Assembly (NCBI RefSeq): GCF_018977255.1
Contig: NW_024704767.1
Location: 4,712,001 to 4,776,000 of the forward strand
Source: Callorhinchus milii
Lineage: Eukaryota
DNA length: 64,000 bases
Reading direction: 5' to 3'
Each line of letters opens with the position of its first letter. Position 1 is the first letter of the stretch. Below, in pieces: positions 60,032-64,000 of this stretch. The notes under the pieces were generated by a model. That model saw only the letters and a program-made list of their open reading frames with translations. It was not told the DNA's origin and made no database searches. A program made the translations under genes and the position numbers.

Positions 60032-63000
60032 GTAAGCTTTCTTTATTTTAAGATCACAATAATGTATTAGTTTTATTGAAACATGAAAGACTATACAAAT
60101 GTAATTTGTTATAGTTTTTTTATTTTTCCATGTTTACTGAATTATTTTATCCTCAATTGTAAGTAAACGTACCTGTAGTATCTGCATGACTTTAATTCCA
60201 GAATGATAAATGCTTCGGTACTTTATGTATATTCTTCTCAAACTTTTTTTCATATTACAACAGGTCTGTAGTTTAAGTATGATGAATTCAGAAATGGTCA
60301 AATCTTTAGCCCCAACAAACTTAATTAACACCTGTTTTGTACAATTTTTAGGTAAGACCACTATAGCTGACAGCCTTATTGCTAGCAATGGGATCATTTC
60401 TAAACGACTTTCAGGAAAGGTAAGCAATTTTTAACACAGAAGAAAAGTGTATTACAGTAATAGATGAAGTGCCTCACAACAACGCCTTAAGTCATTTACC
60501 GAATACAATCCCATCTTTTTGAACCCCAACCAATATAAAACAAAGTCAAAGAATTTGTCATATTTTTCCATTGTAGCTGCGGTACATGGATAGCCGGCAA
60601 GATGAGCAGATCAGAGGAATCACAATGAAGTCGAGCTCTATATCATTGTATTTCGCTAAAGGTAATTCATTAACTTAGTTACACTTAATAAGTGTCTAGG
60701 TTATATATATTTTTACTAGATGTACAAATGATAGGAGTGTACTCCCAAGTCAGTAATGCATCACAAAATAAACAGTAAATTCACTTTACAGTATATTCTG
60801 TGAAGCGCTTTTGAGAAGTCTCGAAGACGTGATAAGGCACTATTTCAAATGCAAGGATTATTATTATTTTATCAAGATAATCGAAGATTGAGACCATTTG
60901 ATACAATGGGATGTGTCTTGCTAACTGATAGAAACAGCTGTACCAAGCATAACATTTTTAATCTCCATTTGCACAACAGGCTGAATCTCCAAAGACTTAT
61001 TTTTTTGTTAAAAAAAGTATTGTATTAATTTTGTCTGGGAAATACAGTACAGTCCCAAGTTTTCAATAGTTTTGTGAAGTATGCAGTTTGTTGCATTTCA
61101 GACCCACATCTAGAAGTAGAGAAGGCAGTAAATTGTATGGATGAAAGAGCTTGTAATTAATCCCAAGGATGCAACAATTTTATTTTGAGCCATCTGTGTT
61201 AAAAATGTTTAGTAGGAATGTAGTAAACATGAAGTGTGCATACTTCACAATCGGCACACCACTGCATGTGTCTGGCAACTTTTCATACCGATTCATTCCA
61301 GAAAGTGGTTTAATGAAAGCAACAATATTTGAAGAGGATTGCCTGAATTACTGCATGAGATTTGGTGCATTTTTATGGAGGAAGTGGTGGGTTGGGAGAA
61401 GTAGCAATAGCTCTGTGAAGGACAAACTGCAATTTTAAAACATAATTGAATATGATACACAGTTTGTCAGATCCAATTAAGACCTTCTGGTTTCCACACT
61501 GCCAAATTACAGAGCCAGAGTGTCCAGATTTCAATTGTGTTGCACCCAACTACTTTTTGCTTCCTTGGTTTCATGACAGTTTCTGTTTCAACTATTTTGT
61601 GCTTTGGACAGGATTTGTTCCCATCAGAATTGTGGTACCATGAATAAATTGCCTTAAAGAAAATCATTAACCTCATTTTCTTGACATTTATTGAAATTGG
61701 AGGAGCAATCCTGGTGCACTGTTACTATAACAATTTTAAATGTGTGAAGGTAGCAGGATCTGCGGTCAGACATTTCTTGCACAGCAATTGTGTCTTTCAC
61801 TATAATTGGTCTAAAGATAGTTTTATGTCAGGGAAGCAGGCTGCTTTGAGCACTCACCGCCTTATGTAATACAATATCCTCAGGAGAAAATTGTATTTTT
61901 TTTATTTACCTGCCCTTTTCCTTTCTTTGCCTCTCTCTATTTAGATCCTTTGTTTTTCATACTTAATTCTAATTCTGTCTGTGATCTCTGATCTTTGACC
62001 AGCAGAATCCAGATGGTGAATGTGAGCCATCAAGAACCCCATTTTTACTCAAGCCTACTAGTAATTTGCTCACTGGGGAGTTCTTCAAAGTAGGTTTAGT
62101 GCCAGCTCTAATATAAATAAGATTTGCTAAATAATTCTTAGTTTCAGGTTGTAAGTAAGGAACAATGCCACAATAATCCATTATTCTGAGGTGGGCCAAC
62201 TTAAGTACACGTGGAGTTTAAGAGCCAGTTGTGTGCATCCTTTTGTGCCAATTTAACAATTGTTGTAGACTGACCATTAGTAGTTATCTAAACAAAACTT
62301 TTTGGTATAATAAATATTCTGTTCCATCAATATCTTTGCTCTCATTTACTTTCAATTAGTAATGAAAAATCTAATTGAGCAATGCAAAATTAGACCACAT
62401 TGGGGGTTTTAAATCACATGAACTGGACAATGGAATTTACCTGATATATTCATGTGATTAATAAATGAATGGCTGATGAATGTCAATATCCAGGCACATT
62501 TTGATACGCTGTTGCTATTTCCCAGATAACCAGGAGTACCTGATCAATATGATAGACTCTCCTGGCCATGTGGATTTTTCTTCTGAAGTATCGACTGCTG
62601 TACGAGTATGTGATGGTGCCATTGTGGTAGTAGATGTTGTTGAAGGTGTCTGTCCTCAAGTAAGTTGAAGAAAGAAAAGTTTTTTTTTAAATGTATAACC
62701 TTTGGTCTGTTCTCTATGTAGAGTTGCATTGTTGGCCGTTGGACAAAAAAAATCGTTCAAAAGGAGAAGTGCATATAAATGTAACATACAAGATGTGTAC
62801 ATTTATTTCCCTTACCTACTTAGACACTTAAATTAAGTATTATTTTTCTGTCTCCTGTGATGATAGTTATTGTAGATTAAGATACTGGTTATCCTGGCTT
62901 TTCTTTTTTTCTTAATCCACATTTAACCCCAAATTCAAATTAATTGACTGCTGAAATAATCCATTTGTTCCTGGTAGAGGTTAGCTGCCAGTTTTGTTTT

Positions 63001-63712
63001 ATTAAAAAAAGACATTTTATTTTTAATCAATTGTGTTTGGTGGTAATATTTTATATTTCAACAACAATACCCCAAATAAAATTTGTTATTCATTTCATTG
63101 GTTTGTTTGGTGGAACATTGCTGTGTGCAAATTGGGCGATCAAATTTCTAGTAGGCTCAACTAGAAATTGGGTTCCTGATATGCACATTTGCCTGAAATA
63201 CACGGACACCACACTTCACAGTTAAAACAAAATCTTGTGAAGAGAGTTGAGCTACCTCAACGATGTAATAAGATGCTTTATCAAATGCAAAGATTACTAT
63301 ATTTCAGTTATTTATTTTTACATGAAAGGCTTATTTTTTACGTGAAATAATATCAATCTGTTAATAGTGTAACATGTAATTTGTTTTATTTACCACTCCT
63401 TTTGTCTTCATGACTAAGATTGTTGTTTTGTGCTGGACTAACACACATTGGGAAGCAGGTTGAGATTGTACAAGCTTATTTCACTGTTCGTTGCTTATGG
63501 CTGCTGGGGGAAAAAGGCAAGAATGCAATGCTAAACTGCAATCGCTAAATAATAAAGTGTGATGTTTACTTTCAGACACAGGCCGTCTTACGCCAGACTT
63601 GGTTGGAGAACATCCGTCCAGTATTAGTCATCAACAAAATGGATAGATTAATAACAGAGTTAAAGTTGACTCCATCTGAAGCTTATACCCAATTGCAGAA
63701 GATTTGGAACAG
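59941..63712 (+). CDS. EFL1: Elongation factor-like GTPase 1 (EFTUD1/RIA1), first five coding exons; the gene continues past the window
   Basis: [17 protein letters not shown] (G1), [19 protein letters not shown] (G2), [21 protein letters not shown] (G3) and INKMDR (G4). The [17 protein letters not shown] segment is EFL1-type rather than eEF2-type. Confidence 0.95.
60352..60419 (+). CDS. EFL1: EFL1 exon ([23 protein letters not shown])
   Basis: tttttag|GT ... AAG|gtaagc; 68 nt. Confidence 0.93.
60577..60661 (+). CDS. EFL1: EFL1 exon ([28 protein letters not shown])
   Basis: ttgtag|CTG ... AAAG|gtaatt; 85 nt. Confidence 0.93.
62526..62659 (+). CDS. EFL1: EFL1 exon ([22 protein letters not shown]...EGVCPQ)
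   Basis: tcccag|AT ... CAA|gtaagt; 134 nt. Confidence 0.94.
63065..63305 (+). mobile_element. Old Deu-type SINE 3' half
   Basis: acattgctgtgtgcaaattggg...ttatcaaatgcaaagattact. Confidence 0.7.
63576..63712 (+). CDS. EFL1: EFL1 exon ([25 protein letters not shown]...QKI[LEQ]); apparent 1-nt deletion near its 3' end
   Basis: tttcag|ACA ... CAG|gtaaag; 137 nt, where the conserved ILEQ reading needs 138. Confidence 0.88.
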
Positions 63713-64000
63713 GTAAAGAATCCAATAAACTAAAAACTTGTTTTTTATGATTTATATGGTATGGATTAATTAATAGGCAGCTGTGTTCCTAGCTAGTATC
63801 CGTGGTTGCCTGAGAATCTTGTATAAACAAAATAGCCGGTCTCCATCGAGTAAGTGAGATGACTGTTTATTTAGTTAACTAAATGGCTGTCATTTTATAT
63901 TGAAGTACTACCTGTACTTTCCTTAATACAACATTTATTTCTTCCAACTTGCCTAATTGTATCTAAAGCTGAAGAATAATAGTTAATATCTAATAATATT

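Noticed and set aside
59941-63712. Assignment as EEF2 or EFTUD2
   Set aside because: The N-terminus and the [28 protein letters not shown] signature are EFL1-specific.

Overview
Vertebrate genomic DNA, not prokaryotic. The tRNA-derived Deu-type SINEs, L2/CR1 LINEs and gene order suggest a cartilaginous fish such as a chimaera; this is inference. Three spliced protein-coding genes were reconstructed by hand from GT-AG boundaries with consistent phases. (1) The last 14 coding exons of ADAMTSL3 (+, 348-35906; TSP1 repeats, four Ig-like domains, PLAC), followed by a probable long 3'UTR. (2) The complete four-exon SAXO2/FAM154B (-, 56461-43695, 472 aa). (3) The start of EFL1/EFTUD1 (+; candidate non-coding exon 1 ending 56959, coding exons 59941-63712). 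SAXO2 and EFL1 share a compact CpG-rich bidirectional promoter, followed by a ~1.7-kb almost G-free minisatellite. Introns carry SINE, L2 and CR1 fragments, some nested. I found no convincing new gene system. The best leads are a fourth Ig domain in ADAMTSL3, a candidate short terminal exon or microexon, RFX/DR1/ETS promoter motifs with an intronic RFX-FOX cluster, a recursive-splice-like EFL1 exon, a miR-200 site cluster, and a 1-nt EFL1 frameshift that is probably an assembly error. Comparisons to human and mouse sequences are from memory, not from a search.
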